Below are positions 12,438 to 24,730 of a DNA stretch of 64,000 nt, piece by piece; the first letter of the stretch is position 1, and each line of letters starts with the position of its first letter. Made by a program: the position numbers and the translations under genes. Below the pieces are notes generated by a model. The model worked only from the letters and a program-made list of their open reading frames with translations, was not told where the DNA came from and searched no databases. This DNA is from Azolla caroliniana (Eukaryota > Plantae > Polypodiophyta). Location of the stretch: the NCBI GenBank assembly GCA_043228905.1, contig JBHGNT010000005.1, positions 17,918,001 through 17,982,000 on the forward strand, written 5' to 3'.

Positions 12438-15400
12438 CTACTTCAAAAGATTGCACTCTTGCAATATAAAGTGAGGAAATTGTGCCTTAAGCGAATGCTC
12501 GCGTTCCCATGTGGCATCATCAATAGGTTTATCCATCCATTTGATCTTGAATAGCCGAATCTCTTTAGAACGTAAACGTTTAGTACAAGAATCAAGAATT
12601 CGTTCAGGAACATGAGGTTTGTAAGAAAAATCCTCTAATGTTACAAGATCTTGGATTGTGATGGTGTTATCACCAGAGCCTAAAAATGGTTTTAGACGAC
12701 TGACGTGAAAAACAGGATGAATACCAACGTTACAAGGTAAGGCAAGGTGATAAGCAGATGACCCAACTCGCTTAAGGATTTCAAATGGGCCACAATATCG
12801 TGGGGCTAACTTAGCGCACTTGCCCGTAGATAATGACGTAGAATCAGTCGGGACACGCAAAAAAACTTTTTGACCAATAGTAAATGCACGAGGACGTCTA
12901 TCCTGATCAGCATAAAATCGAGCACGATCTTGAGCTGTCTTGACATTTTCTTTGGCAATATGCAACATTTGGTTCATGTCTTGCAAAAAATTGCATGTAC
13001 TGTCTAATGTATCACGATGAATCGTGACATCAACTGGGGCACGTGGCTGAAAACCATACATCAACATAAAAGGACTATATCCAGTGGATGTATGTTTAGA
13101 GCTATTATAGGCAAATTCTAAGATAGGAAGGTATTGCTCCCCCTTAGAAGGGGTTTTTGCTACATAAGCTCGAAGCATGTCCTCAATAATTTGATTAACT
13201 CGTTCAGTTTGTCCATCAGACTGAGGATGATCTGCGGAACTCATGCTCAACGTAGTTTCTAGTTTCTTAAAGACCTGAGTCCAAAAGTCACTAGTAAACT
13301 TGGAATCTCGATCACTAACAATATCCATCGGTAATCCATAAAAACGAAATAACTCATCAACAAATTGATAAGCCAACTGTTGAGCGGTTACCGTGGTTTT
13401 TGTAGGAATAAATCTAGCTAATTTTGTTAGCCTGTCAACGACAACCCATATGGCATCATGACCCCTCTGTGTACGAGGTAAACTAACAATAAAATCCATC
13501 GAGATACTTTCCCATTTATTGTTGGGAATATCTAAGGGATGTAAAAGACCAGCAGCTTTAAGTCGTTCCGACTTATTAATCTGACATTGTAAGCATTGAG
13601 TTACGTATTTATGCACGTCAGAGCGCATCTTAGGCCAGAAAAAAGTACACGAGATGAGAACGAGTGTGCGTTGTATTCCAGGATGACCAGCAGATGGTGC
13701 ATCATGACATTCATGAAAAAATTTCTGTTTAACATTTGGTAAATCTGGAACACAGACCTTTCCACTACGGTAGAGCAAACCGTTTGTAATGTGAAAGGTC
13801 GCCTTCGAGGGTAGGGTGCTAGTATCGGCATCTAAACCAGATTCGGCTTTCGTCCAGTATTTTGAGAAATAACTGTCATCAAGGTATTTCCCTCGAAGGT
13901 GATCTAAAAGATCAGATTTTATTTCCGTGAAGCTAAGCATGTTAACTTCTTTAATGCGACTAAGAGCATCAGCAACGGTGTTCATAGAACCCTTGCGATA
14001 TCGTATGGAAAAATCAAAATCTTGCATAAGGTCAGCCCAACGGCCTTTACGACCAACAAGATCGGGCTGTTCACAAAAATACTTTAATGATTGATGGTCT
14101 GTTGTAACCACAAATTTATTTCCATAGAGATAGTGCCTCCATGTTTTAAGTGCGTGTATCACCGCAAACAACTCTTTCTCTTGAACTGAATACCGAGATT
14201 GAGCAGCATCAAGCTTCTTACTTTCAAAAGCGATAGGGTGACCACCTTGATAAAGAACGGCACCAATAGCATAATCACTAGCATCGGTTTCAATTGAGAA
14301 AGGCTTAGAAGGGTCTGGTAATAGAAGAGTGGGAGCCTGACACACATGCTCCTTGAGTGTCTCAAATGATTTGTCAAGTTGTTCATTCCATGAAATTGGT
14401 TTGACAGACTTACGTGGATGACCTTTTAAAAGGTCAGTTAATGGCATAGTCAATTTGGAATAGTTACGAATTGATTTTCGTAAAAATCCAACAAACCCTA
14501 AGAATGATCTAAGTTCACGAATATTACGAGGAATGGGCCAAAGTTTAACCTTTTCAATACGAGAAGGTTCAATTTCAACGTCATTTTCTGTAATTAAATG
14601 ACCTAGGTACACAATAGATTTTTGGAAGAAGTCACATTTTGAATGTTTTGCATAGAAAGAGTTGTCACGCAACTTTCGCAAAACAAATCGAACATGTTGA
14701 ACATGATCTTGCAAGGTACGGCTATATATCAAAATATCATCCAAGAAGACGACAACAAAATCACCGAGTTGATCTCGGAAAACATCATTCATCGCTTGTT
14801 GGAATGTGGCTGGAGCATTAGTCAACCCAAACGGCATGACTAAAAACTCATAATGGCCATAGCGCATACGAAAAGCGGTTTTAGGAATATCATCCTCGGC
14901 GATGCGAATCTGATGATAACCAGTTCGTAAGTCAATTTTCGTAAAATATCGAGCCCCGTGCAAACGATCAATCAAATCATCGGCACGAGGTAATGGATAT
15001 GCATTCTTAATTGTCATTTTATTCAAACGGCGATAATTGATACACATTCGCCACGAACCTTCCTTCTTCTTGACTAATAGAACTGGCGCACCCCAAGGTG
15101 ATTTACTATACCTAATGTGGCCCATACTCAAGTATTCCTTAAGTTGTTTAGCGATCTCATCCTCTTCTAATCGACTAAGTCGGTAAGGTGGAATGCTCAC
15201 AGGAGCAGCCCCAGGGATGAGTTCAATTTGATGGTCCACATTACGTTTAGGTGGTAAAGTAAGCGGTAATTCAGTAGGAAACACATCTTGAAAATCCTCT
15301 AAAATAGAGTCGAGTAATCGTTGCTCAAAATGTGGTAATTGTGTGGCGTCAATATTAAAATAATAAAATTGAACCGCAGGATCAATTACACACGAATAAA

Positions 15401-16841
15401 TTAATGAACTAGAATACTCACTTAAAGATTTAGAAGACACAAGTGAATGAGAAGGAAGTTTGGAACATTGAATAAAATGTTTACAATTATTAAGTTCAAA
15501 TGTGATTGAGTGATTAACCCAATCAATGGACAAAGAAGGGTTTTTATTAAAAAACCAAGGATATCCTAAAATGACATCTGCGGATTGTAATTTCATAACA
15601 TGAAAGTCAAGCTTCTCCAAATAAGTATCTATTTGAATTGGCAGTTGACAAACAATGCCACTGATGTATTGAACGTTTCCATTTGCCATGTGAACTTGAT
15701 AGATATGATCACTTGCGTTTATGTGGAGCTCCATTTGCTGCACAAAGTGATCATTAAGAAAATTGTGAGAACTACCGGAATCAAACAAGAAATGTGCTTG
15801 TGTTCCATTGATATATCCGACTGCTCGGAGTAAATCATTAGGTCCAAGTAAATGTGAAGGAAAAGTGCATTCACATAAACTTAAGTGATTGGTATGAACT
15901 TCAACAATATCAAAAGACTCACCTGTGTGACTCGTAGATTTGTCTTGAGGAGGGGTGTTCATTGACTTCCTCTCAAGACGACGACAGGTATCCTTTGTGT
16001 GGCCCCGCTTCTTGCAATATGCACAGAAGAGGTTCGGTTTCTTTGAGTCGCGGTCAAGAGTGTCACTGGATTGCTTACGTTTCCCAATGAACTTGACATT
16101 CGGAGTTTTGGCGAACTCAGGTTTATTGTGGTCTTTCTTGGAAGTCCTATGGTATCGCAGCACAATGTTGACGGCTTCCTCAAAAGTTGTGGGGTCCTTG
16201 TCATGGACAATCCAATGATAATCCCCATTGGGAATACCATTCAAAAAACAAGCGACAAACCATTTCTCACCCGTAAGTCCCGATTTTTGGATCTGGGTCC
16301 GAGCGTGATGCACATAATCCTCGAGAGAGGTAAATGGCTTACTAGACAATGTGAGCAAGTGTTGCGCTTGTTCGGTTTGAGAAGGTGGTTGCAAGAACTG
16401 TTTCTTAAAAACATCAACGAAACCTTCCCAAGTTGTGGGTAAGTTTTTTGCGGTCCTTAGGCCACGCCACCAAGCAGCAGCTCGGCCACCTAACTCACGA
16501 CCGACATAACCAATTTTTACTGCATCGGGCTTGGGATGAAGCTCAAAATGAGACTCCCAACGACCAAGCCAAGTGCTAATGGCCTCCTCGGTTCTTTCTT
16601 TCTTATCTCCCTTGAAAGGCGTGACTACGAAGGAAGGTTCACCTTCTTTCTTGGACTCAATAGTTAATTCTTGGAATTTCTTTTCCAATGCCATATTGGC
16701 CTGTCTCATTTCGGCCAATTGATTCAAGGTAGTAGTGAGCAATTGCTCAATAGTGATCTCAGCTTGTGTGCGAGATGCGGATTGGGGTTGAGAGGTCTCA
16801 TTTGGAGAGATCGTTCCAACTGCGTTCAAAACTTGTTCCAT
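12438..16841 (-). CDS. Gypsy Gag-Pol polyprotein, 1467 aa, intact (gag, CCHC, PR, RT, RH, INT, chromodomain)
   Basis: CAYCKKRGHTKDTC, LFDSGSS, VFLDDIL, ETDASDY, integrase HHCC/DDE, GPF motif, C-terminal PERILD...IKW..KP..DATWE chromodomain. Confidence 0.96.
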   Translation of the reverse strand: MEQVLNAVGTISPNETSQPQSASRTQAEITIEQLLTTTLNQLAEMRQANMALEKKFQELTIESKKEGEPSFVVTPFKGDKKERTEEAISTWLGRWESHFELHPKPDAVKIGYVGRELGGRAAAWWRGLRTAKNLPTTWEGFVDVFKKQFLQPPSQTEQAQHLLTLSSKPFTSLEDYVHHARTQIQKSGLTGEKWFVACFLNGIPNGDYHWIVHDKDPTTFEEAVNIVLRYHRTSKKDHNKPEFAKTPNVKFIGKRKQSSDTLDRDSKKPNLFCAYCKKRGHTKDTCRRLERKSMNTPPQDKSTSHTGESFDIVEVHTNHLSLCECTFPSHLLGPNDLLRAVGYINGTQAHFLFDSGSSHNFLNDHFVQQMELHINASDHIYQVHMANGNVQYISGIVCQLPIQIDTYLEKLDFHVMKLQSADVILGYPWFFNKNPSLSIDWVNHSITFELNNCKHFIQCSKLPSHSLVSSKSLSEYSSSLIYSCVIDPAVQFYYFNIDATQLPHFEQRLLDSILEDFQDVFPTELPLTLPPKRNVDHQIELIPGAAPVSIPPYRLSRLEEDEIAKQLKEYLSMGHIRYSKSPWGAPVLLVKKKEGSWRMCINYRRLNKMTIKNAYPLPRADDLIDRLHGARYFTKIDLRTGYHQIRIAEDDIPKTAFRMRYGHYEFLVMPFGLTNAPATFQQAMNDVFRDQLGDFVVVFLDDILIYSRTLQDHVQHVRFVLRKLRDNSFYAKHSKCDFFQKSIVYLGHLITENDVEIEPSRIEKVKLWPIPRNIRELRSFLGFVGFLRKSIRNYSKLTMPLTDLLKGHPRKSVKPISWNEQLDKSFETLKEHVCQAPTLLLPDPSKPFSIETDASDYAIGAVLYQGGHPIAFESKKLDAAQSRYSVQEKELFAVIHALKTWRHYLYGNKFVVTTDHQSLKYFCEQPDLVGRKGRWADLMQDFDFSIRYRKGSMNTVADALSRIKEVNMLSFTEIKSDLLDHLRGKYLDDSYFSKYWTKAESGLDADTSTLPSKATFHITNGLLYRSGKVCVPDLPNVKQKFFHECHDAPSAGHPGIQRTLVLISCTFFWPKMRSDVHKYVTQCLQCQINKSERLKAAGLLHPLDIPNNKWESISMDFIVSLPRTQRGHDAIWVVVDRLTKLARFIPTKTTVTAQQLAYQFVDELFRFYGLPMDIVSDRDSKFTSDFWTQVFKKLETTLSMSSADHPQSDGQTERVNQIIEDMLRAYVAKTPSKGEQYLPILEFAYNSSKHTSTGYSPFMLMYGFQPRAPVDVTIHRDTLDSTCNFLQDMNQMLHIAKENVKTAQDRARFYADQDRRPRAFTIGQKVFLRVPTDSTSLSTGKCAKLAPRYCGPFEILKRVGSSAYHLALPCNVGIHPVFHVSRLKPFLGSGDNTITIQDLVTLEDFSYKPHVPERILDSCTKRLRSKEIRLFKIKWMDKPIDDATWEREHSLKAQFPHFILQECNLLK

Positions 16842-17835
16842 GATGCACGCTGTGGGTATGCAATAAAATAAGGAGGTTCAGAAAATACACAAGCAAAATG
16901 AATGCTTGAAATTTTGATTGAAAGAACTTTATCCAAGAAAGTATCTCATGTCTTTACCCCTCTAGACATATGAGATGTGATTCGAGATCCGATAACTATG
17001 GTAACACTATGGTGTTTTAAAAACCATGGGGGAAAACATAGCTAAGATGTATTTCTCGGATCTCTATCTTGAGTAATCATGGTGGCTCCCCGAGGCTCAA
17101 CCATGGTTCTTCCATCAATGAAATTTCCTAGATAGCCTTATATTAATGCCAACCCATTATGTATTATATGGTCGAGAAAGTGTATTACGTGAAAAAACAA
17201 GTGCACTCACAAGTAATATTCTAGTCTTGCGAGCAATAAGCAAACGTGATGATAAAATGATAAAATAAGGCACTACTCATAAGAGTTAAGTAGTGACGAA
17301 AACAAGGGTAAAAAAAAAAGAACCCATGTGTTACCTACGAAAAAAACAATGTCACAAATAAATGGGAAGTGCAAGGTATGCACATATACATCCCAATATG
17401 ATTGTTATAACTTGCACAATTGTGACATAAGCCACAAATTGATACAAGTGATGACGGTGTTGTGCGCAAAGATGTAATACTCAAATCCATGAGTAAAACA
17501 TCAATAAGGGAACTCATATGGTTTTACTCGTTTTCTAAGGCTTGATGATAAGAGTTAAACCTAGATGACCTGTTGAAAAAAAATCGTTCAACAAGCCACT
17601 CTATACGAAAAAAATAGTCTACACGTAAAGGTTACATTAAAAATAAACGATGTAAATACTTTATACATGAAAAGGAAGTGGAAAAAGGAGAGTTAATTGT
17701 GGGCGGATAAATAATAATTACTAGAAAATCATATAAGTGAAACAATACTTATGAAATTAAAATTTAATTAGAATAATCAACAATTAGGTGTATGGAATCA
17801 AACATGCCCTAAGATACGAAACCCTAGGGTAGTTG

Positions 17836-18160
17836 ACATGCACCTCCTCAAGACCACCACATATCCCTAGAATCGGCCAAGTAATGGCTAATTAAAGAGG
17901 AAAGTGGCATAGGTAAGTGACATATACCTCGTCAAGGCCACATCATCCCTTAGAATCGGCCAATTGATGGCTAATTAAAAAGGAAAGTGGCATATGTAAG
18001 CTACATATACCTTGTCAAGGCCACAACATCCCATAGAATCGGCCAATTGATGGCTTAATAGAGAGTAGAGTGGCATAGGTAGGCAACATACACCTCGTCA
18101 AGGCCACATCATCCCTTAGAATCGGCCAAGTGATGGCTCAATAGAGGGGAAGAGTGGTAT
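17836..18160. repeat. Four ~83-bp tandem repeats in the Gypsy 5' leader
   Basis: Repeated ACATATACCTCGTCAAGGCCACATCATCCCTTAGAATCGGCCAA.TGATGGCT...AGTGGCATA. Confidence 0.85.
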
Positions 18161-19942
18161 ACTCAACATCATATGCAAAACGGCCATGAGATAAGCGTGT
18201 GCGATTAGAGCAAACACGCTCGACCCAATGCACAAGAATAATTATTATCGTAAGAGTTCAAGAGAGGAGAGAGTGGGATATATATCGCAATATGCAAAAG
18301 GCCATGAGTTGAGCGTGTGCGATTAGTGCAAACACGCTCGGCCCGATGCATAATAATAAGTAAAATCGTAGCGTAGTAGGAGGTAGAAAGAAAGAGAATA
18401 AAACGTAATACCAATTTGATTCGACCATAAAGAACGCATAATAGAAAAGGAGAAGAGATCAAAAAAGAAGAATACCGGGTTTAGAGTGTTGTTTTGATCC
18501 TGAGAAGAGCATGACGAGCCTTGTTAGATCCCCCTCGCTCACACGCAAAAAACATCAAAACAACAAAAAAATTGTTAGTAAAAGCTCTGATACCACTGTT
18601 AAGAGTCTATTACTAATCAATAGACCAAATCAAGTAAAAAGGAAGAAAATAGATTGGATAGAAGAACCCGTTCCACCCGACCACCCCCGAGCTATGATCT
18701 AGACATAGCCAACCTACCACCGACGTCCCATACCGCCGGATATTAGGATGACTAATACCTTGGAAGAGATAAACACGATCGTCGAGACGAAAGCCTAGCC
18801 CGCACCACCGGTGTCTACGACAGCAGCCTTCCGACGTGATGATCCCTATGAGGGTAGCTAAGCCTCATATTTATACCTTTTCCTAGGCCCCTTGAATAGA
18901 TGTGCCTTTCTAAAAGGCTCTCTATTCATTGGTTGTCTAAATCATGATAGTGCATGCACATATCATTCATTCTATCCAATCATTAGTCCCCTTTTTAATA
19001 ATAGTGAACATACCCTTCACTAATGTAAATATTAGTGACCTACCCTCACCAACGTTATGTGTACATAACAACCGAGGAGCAGTTGTCGCGACATGCGAAG
19101 CCATATGGTTGAAGCGGCTACTTAGGGACCTGCAAGAGGAGGTGTGAGATCCGACGACGATCTACTGCGACAACCTCAGCGGCATCCAGCTCGCGAAAAA
19201 CCCTGTTTTCCACGCCCGGACCAAGCACATTGAGGTGCATTACCATTTCGTCCGTGAGCGTGTCCTTTCCGGTGAAGTCAAACTTCAGTACGTTCCGACG
19301 GATCGGCAGACTGCCGACATCTTCACCAAGCCTCTTGGTCTGGACAAGTTGCGGTAATTCTCAGGTGCGCTCGAGTTGCGTCACCTCGACGTGCCAAACT
19401 TGAGGGGCAGAACAGTCCCGAACGACCAAGCAAGGCAGTAGGAAAGGAGCGGAGACCGCGACACCACCTAGTCGGTTGACTCGGTTGTCGAGTTCGACTT
19501 CGGACCGGCTGAAGAAGCTGAGGGCGGACCCGCGGAAAAGTTCGAAAGAGGACAGAAGGGGAGCAACCGAAAGAGAGAGCCAAAGCCAACCACGCATGGG
19601 GAAGATGACGCCACCGAGGGCGAGATGACTGAAGATGAGTTGGAGACAGCCAACTCGGACGAGAGCGAAAACCGATCGGAGGTAGCCGAGTCGGTACGGA
19701 TGTTTGATTCAGACACGCTGAATCAACCGAGGCCCAAGCGGAAGAAAAGGCAGCAGAAGAAGCGTCAACACCGCAACAGCAGAAGAGCTGATGAGGGCCA
19801 CATGAGAAGACAAGCCGACCGATAGGGTCGAAGCGCGCGGAGTCGAACAGGTCGAGGAGCGCGAGCGAGGCGTGAAGCCAGGAGGAACCGGAGCTGTGAG
19901 CCCAAGGATCCCGACGAGCCTCGAGTTGAGCTTGAGGGGGAG

Positions 19943-20347
19943 TGTTGAGAGACAAGCTCAACATCGGCCGGATCGGCTGAAGAAGCCGAGGACTGGATCG
20001 GTTGGGACCGATCTGTTAGGCCGAGTGCGTAAACCGGGAGGCCGTTAGGAAAGATATTTCATGAGGAATATATTTGGGAGTTAGTGTAGGAGCTCTTAAT
20101 GAGCCTTGAAGTACTATCAGTACTTCAGTCAGTCCTTCGAGGACTTGTATAAAAGTGTTCATGGAACACACGTATGTATAGAGTAGTGAATCGAGATTTT
20201 GTTTGGTTGTTGAATATAGTTCTTGTGTTCTCTCTCACTCTCTCTGTCTCTCCCGCGTATACTGCGTAAGCTCAAGCTCTCCATTAAACCTGAGTTTTCT
20301 TCCTTCTGATCTGTCTTCATACCTACTTCCGCACGCTACTTTCTACA
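19943..20347 (+). repeat. Copia 3' LTR
   Basis: Direct repeat of 7670-8074, preceded by the PPT. Confidence 0.95.
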
Positions 20348-20589
20348 AATTTCAACCCATCTCTTGGTTTCCCAAACTTCACTTCCCATTGCATGCATTC
20401 ATTGTACAAAATGTATACATTGAGCAACTCTTCTTGTGGGCACGATTTAGTATGACAAGTCGGTCATGTTTAATTACATTGATTTGCATGCTCTTTTCCT
20501 CTCTCAAAAGATGAGGTGAGAGTGTGTCTCCTATAGATTCACCATGTTGATATAATTCTATATCGTAGGAGAAACTAATGTACCGGATG

Positions 20590-23500
20590 GCCGTCTCAGC
20601 TCAGCCGGTAGAGCGCGTAGATTTTAATCACGTGGTCGTGTGTTCGATTCCCACAAACAGCGAGAAGTTCAACCCATCTCTTGGTTTCTCAAACTTCACT
20701 TCCCATTCCATGCATTCGTTGTACAAAAAGTCTACATTGTTGTACAAAAAGTCTACATTGAGCAACCTCTTCCTGTGGGCATGATTTTGAATGACAAGTC
20801 GGTCGTGTTTAATTACATTGATTTGCATCCTCTTTTTATGTCTCGAAGATGAGGAGAGAGTGTGTCAGATAGATTCACCATCTTGATATAATTCTGTACC
20901 CTACGAGAAACTAATGTTCCGCAAGGCTGTCTTAGCTCAGCCGGTAGAGCGCGTGGATTTTGACCAGGTGGTCGTGTGTTTGATTCCCACAGACGGCTAG
21001 CAGTTAAACACATCTCTTGTTTTCAGAAACTTCACCTCCCATTCCATGCAGTCATTGGAAAAAATGAATAGATTAAGCAACCTCTTCTTGTTGGTGAGGT
21101 TTAGGATCGGAAATTGGTCATGTTTAATTACCTTTAGTTACATGCTCTTCCCCATTTATGGGTTGCAAGTTCAACCAATCTCTTGGTTTCCTAAACTTCA
21201 CTTCCCATTCCATGCATTCGTTGTACAAAATGTATACATTGCGCGAGCTCTTCTTGTGGGCACGATTTTGTATCACATCTCTGTTGTGTCTAATTACATT
21301 GCTTTGCTTGCTCTTTTCCTCTCTCGAAAATGAGGATAGAATGTGTCTTGTAGAGATTCACCATCTTGATAAAATTCTATACCCTAGAAGAAACTATTGT
21401 ACTGCAAGGACATCTTGGCTCAGTCGGTAGAGCACGTGGCTTTTAACTACGTGGTCGTGGGTTCGATTCCCACAGCTGTCGACAACTTCAACCCATCTCT
21501 TGGTTTCCCCAACTTCACTTCCCATTCCATGCAGTCATTCGAAAAAATGAAAAATGACTAGATTGAGCAACCTATTCTTGTTGGTGACGTTTAGTATGAC
21601 AAGTCAGTCATTGTAAAAAATGAATAGATTCAGCAAACTCTTCTTGTTGGTGAGGTTTAGTATAACAAGTCGGTCGTGTTTAATTACCTTGAATTGCATG
21701 CCCTTTTCCTCTCTCGAAAATGAGGGGAGAGTGTCTCTCGCATAGATTCATGATCATAATATAATTCTACATCCTAGGAGAAACCAATATGCCACCTCAT
21801 GGCCATCTTTGCTCAGCTGGTAGAGCGTGTGGCTTTTAACCACGTGGTCGTGGGTTCGATTCCCACAGACGGCGAGATGTTCAAACCATTTGTTTGTTTC
21901 CCAAACTTTACTTCCCATTCCATGCATTCGTTGTACAAAATGTCTACATTGAGCAACCTCTTCTTGTGGGCATGATTTTGTATGACAAATCCCAAACTTT
22001 ACTTCCCATTCCATGCATTCGTTGTACAAAATGTCTACATTGAGCAACCTCTTCTTGTGGGCATGATTTTGTATGACAAATCGGTCGTTACATTGATTTG
22101 CATCCTCTTTTCCTCTCTCGAAGATTCACCATCTTAATATAATCCTATACCTAGGAGAAACACCCTAAGGCCTTTTTAGCTCAACCGGTCGAGCGCGTGG
22201 CTAACCACGTGGTTGTGGGTTTGATTCCCACAGACGGCGAGAACTTCAACTCATGTCTTGGTTTCCCAAACTTCACTTCCCATTTCATGCATTCCTTCTA
22301 CAAAAAGTCTACATTGAACAACCTCTTCTTGTTGGTGAGGTTTAGTATGGGAAATTGGTCGTGTTTAATTACCTTGAGTTGCATGCTCTTTTCCTCTCTC
22401 GAAGATAAGGACACAATGTCGCTCGCATAGATTTACAATCATATTATAATTCTACACCCTAGCAGAAACCAATGTACAATCTCATGGCCATCCTAACTCA
22501 GCCGGTAGAGCGCGTGATTTTTAACCACGTGGTCGTGGGTTCGATTCCCAATGACAGGGAGAACTTCAACACATATCTCGGTTTCCCAAACTTCACTTCC
22601 CATTCCATGCATACGTTGTAAAAAATGTCTACATTGAGCAACCTCTTCTTGTGGGCACAATTTTGTATGACAAGTCAGTCGTGCTTAATTACATTGATTT
22701 GCATCCTAGTTTCCTCTCTCAAAGATAAGGAGAGAGAGTTTCTCATATAGATTTATCATCATGATATAATTTTATGCACTAGAGAAACTAATGTGCCACA
22801 AGGCTGTCTTAGCTCAGTCCGTAGACCGCGTGGCTTTCAACCACATATTCGTGAGTTCGATTCCCACATACGGCGAGAAGTTTAACCAATCTCATGGTTT
22901 CAGATTGAGCAACGTCTTCTTGTTGGTGAGGTTTACTATGGGAAATTGGTCGTGTTTAATTAGCTTTAGTTGCATGCTCATTTCCCATTGATGGGTTGCA
23001 AGTTCGACCCATCTCTTGGTTTCCCAAACTTCACTTTCCATTCCATAGATTCGTTGTACAAAATGTATACATTGAGTAGCCTCTTCTTGTGGGCATGATT
23101 TTGTATGACAAGGTGGTCATGGTTAAATACATTCATTTGCCTGCTCTTTTCCTTTCTCGAAAATGAGAAGATAGTGTGTCTCATATAGACTCAACATTTT
23201 GATATAATTCTATAGCCCAGGAGAAACTAATATACCGCAAGGCCATCTTAGGTCAGTCGGAACAGCGCGGGGCTTTAAACTACGTGGTCATGGGTTCGAT
23301 TCCCACATACGGTCAGAAGTTAAACCCATCTCTTGGTTTCCCAAACTTCCTTCCCATTCCATGCATTCGTTGTACAAAATGTATACATTGAGCAACTCTT
23401 CTTGTGGGCGCGATTTAGTATAACAAGCCGGTCGTGTTTAATTACATTGATTTGCATGCTCTTTTCCTCTCTCGAAGATGAGGAGAGAGTGTGTCTCCTA

Positions 23501-24209
23501 TAGATTCACCATCGTAATATAATTTTATACCCTAGGAGAAACTAATGTACCGCAAGGCCGTCTTCGCTCAATCGGTAGAGCAAGTGGCCGTCTTCGCTCA
23601 ATCGGTAGAGCAAGTGGCTTTTAACCACGTGGTCATGGGTTTGATTCCCACCGATGGCGAGAAGTCCAACCATCTCTTGCTTTCCCAAACTTCACTTCCC
23701 ATTGCATGCATTCGTTGTACAAAATGTATACATTGAGCTACCTCTTCTAGTAGGCACTATTTTGTATGACAAGTCGGTCTTGTTTAATTACCTTGAGTTG
23801 TATGCTCTTTTCCTCTCTCGAACATGAGGAGAGAGTGTGTCTCATATAGAGACACCTTTGTAATATAATTCTATACTTTAGGAGAAAGTAATGTATACCA
23901 TAAGGCCGTCTAACCTCAGCTTGTAGAGCGTGTGCCTTTTAACCACGTGGTTGTGGGTTCGATTCCCACAGACGGCGAGAAGTTCAACCCTCTCTTGGTT
24001 TCCCAAATTTTACTTCCCATTCCATGCAGTCATTATCTTTAGTTGCATGTTCTTTTCCTCTCTCGAAGATGAGGAGAGAGTTTCTCTCGCATAGATTCAC
24101 GATCATAATATAATTCTACACCCGTACCATCTCATGGCCATCCTAACTCAGCCGGTAGAGCGCCTGGTTTTTAACCACATGGTCATGGGTTCAATTCCCA
24201 CAGACGGCG
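20590..24209 (+). pseudogene. Degenerate tRNA-Lys copies at 20590, 20926, 21409, 22170, 22487, 22803, 23242, 23587, 23905 and 24137
   Basis: tRNA-Lys-derived sequence with substitutions and indels in stems and boxes. Confidence 0.8.
21802..21874 (+). tRNA. tRNA-Lys(UUU), slightly degenerate
   Basis: A4:C69 mismatch, A9>T, U-G at the base of the anticodon stem; B box intact. Confidence 0.5.
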
Positions 24210-24454
24210 AGAAATTCAACCATCTCTTGGTTTCCCAAACTTCACTTCCCATTGCATACATTCGTTGTACAAAATGTATACATTGAGCAACACTTTTTGT
24301 GGACACTATTTTGTATGACAAGTCGGTCGTGCTTAATAACATTCATTTGCATGCTCTTTTCCTCTCCCAAAAATGAGGAGAGAGTGTCTCTCGCATAGAT
24401 TCCCGGTCATCATACAATTCTACTCCCTAGGAGAAACCAATGTACCACCTCATG

Positions 24455-24527
24455 GCCATCTTAGCTCAGCTGGTAGAGCGCGTGGCTTTTAACCACGTGG
24501 TTGTGGGTTCGATTCCCACAGACGGCG
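24455..24527 (+). tRNA. tRNA-Lys(UUU), near intact
   Basis: A4:C69 mismatch and C48>T, otherwise canonical. Confidence 0.65.
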
Positions 24528-24730
24528 AGAGCTTTAACCCATCTCTTGGTTTCCCAAACTTAACTTTCCATTCCATGCATTCGTTGTACAAAATGTCTAC
24601 ATTGAACAACCTCTTCTTGTGGGCACGATTTTGTATGACAAGTCGGTCGTGTTTAATTATATTGATTTGCATCCTCTTTTCCTCTCTCAAGGATGAGGAG
24701 AGAGTCTGTCTCGAATCGATTCACCATCTT

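Larger units (their letters stand above)
11957..19070 (-). mobile_element. Full-length Ty3/gypsy chromovirus nested in the copia RNase H, TSD ACCGA
   Basis: 474-bp LTRs at 11957-12430 and 18597-19070 (one difference seen); Met-i PBS (revcomp) at 18584-18595; PPT adjacent to 12430; ACCGA at 11952-11956 and 19071-19075. Confidence 0.97.
8147..19357 (+). pseudogene. Copia gag-pol, disrupted (stops at 8594, 10559, 11723, frameshifts, RNase H split by the Gypsy insertion)
   Basis: ORF pieces 8147-8596, 8612-10561, 10156-10431 and 10604-11725; RNase H resumes after 19075 (RTKHIEVHYHF, ADIFTK). Confidence 0.9.
7352..20347 (+). mobile_element. Ty1/copia LTR retrotransposon composite (LTR stub + 3' internal remnant + complete element), TSD AATTT
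   Basis: 405-bp LTRs at 7670-8074 and 19943-20347; PBS TGGTATCAGAGC at 8075; PPT GAGGGGGAG; gag-PR(WYVDSGAS)-INT-RT(LLYVDD)-RH order; AATTT at 7347-7351 and 20348-20352. Confidence 0.95.

Noticed and set aside
23242-23314. Copy with nominal TTA (ochre suppressor) anticodon; also TCT at 704 and TTC at 22803
   Set aside because: D, anticodon and acceptor stems are broken in these copies; this is random pseudogene decay.
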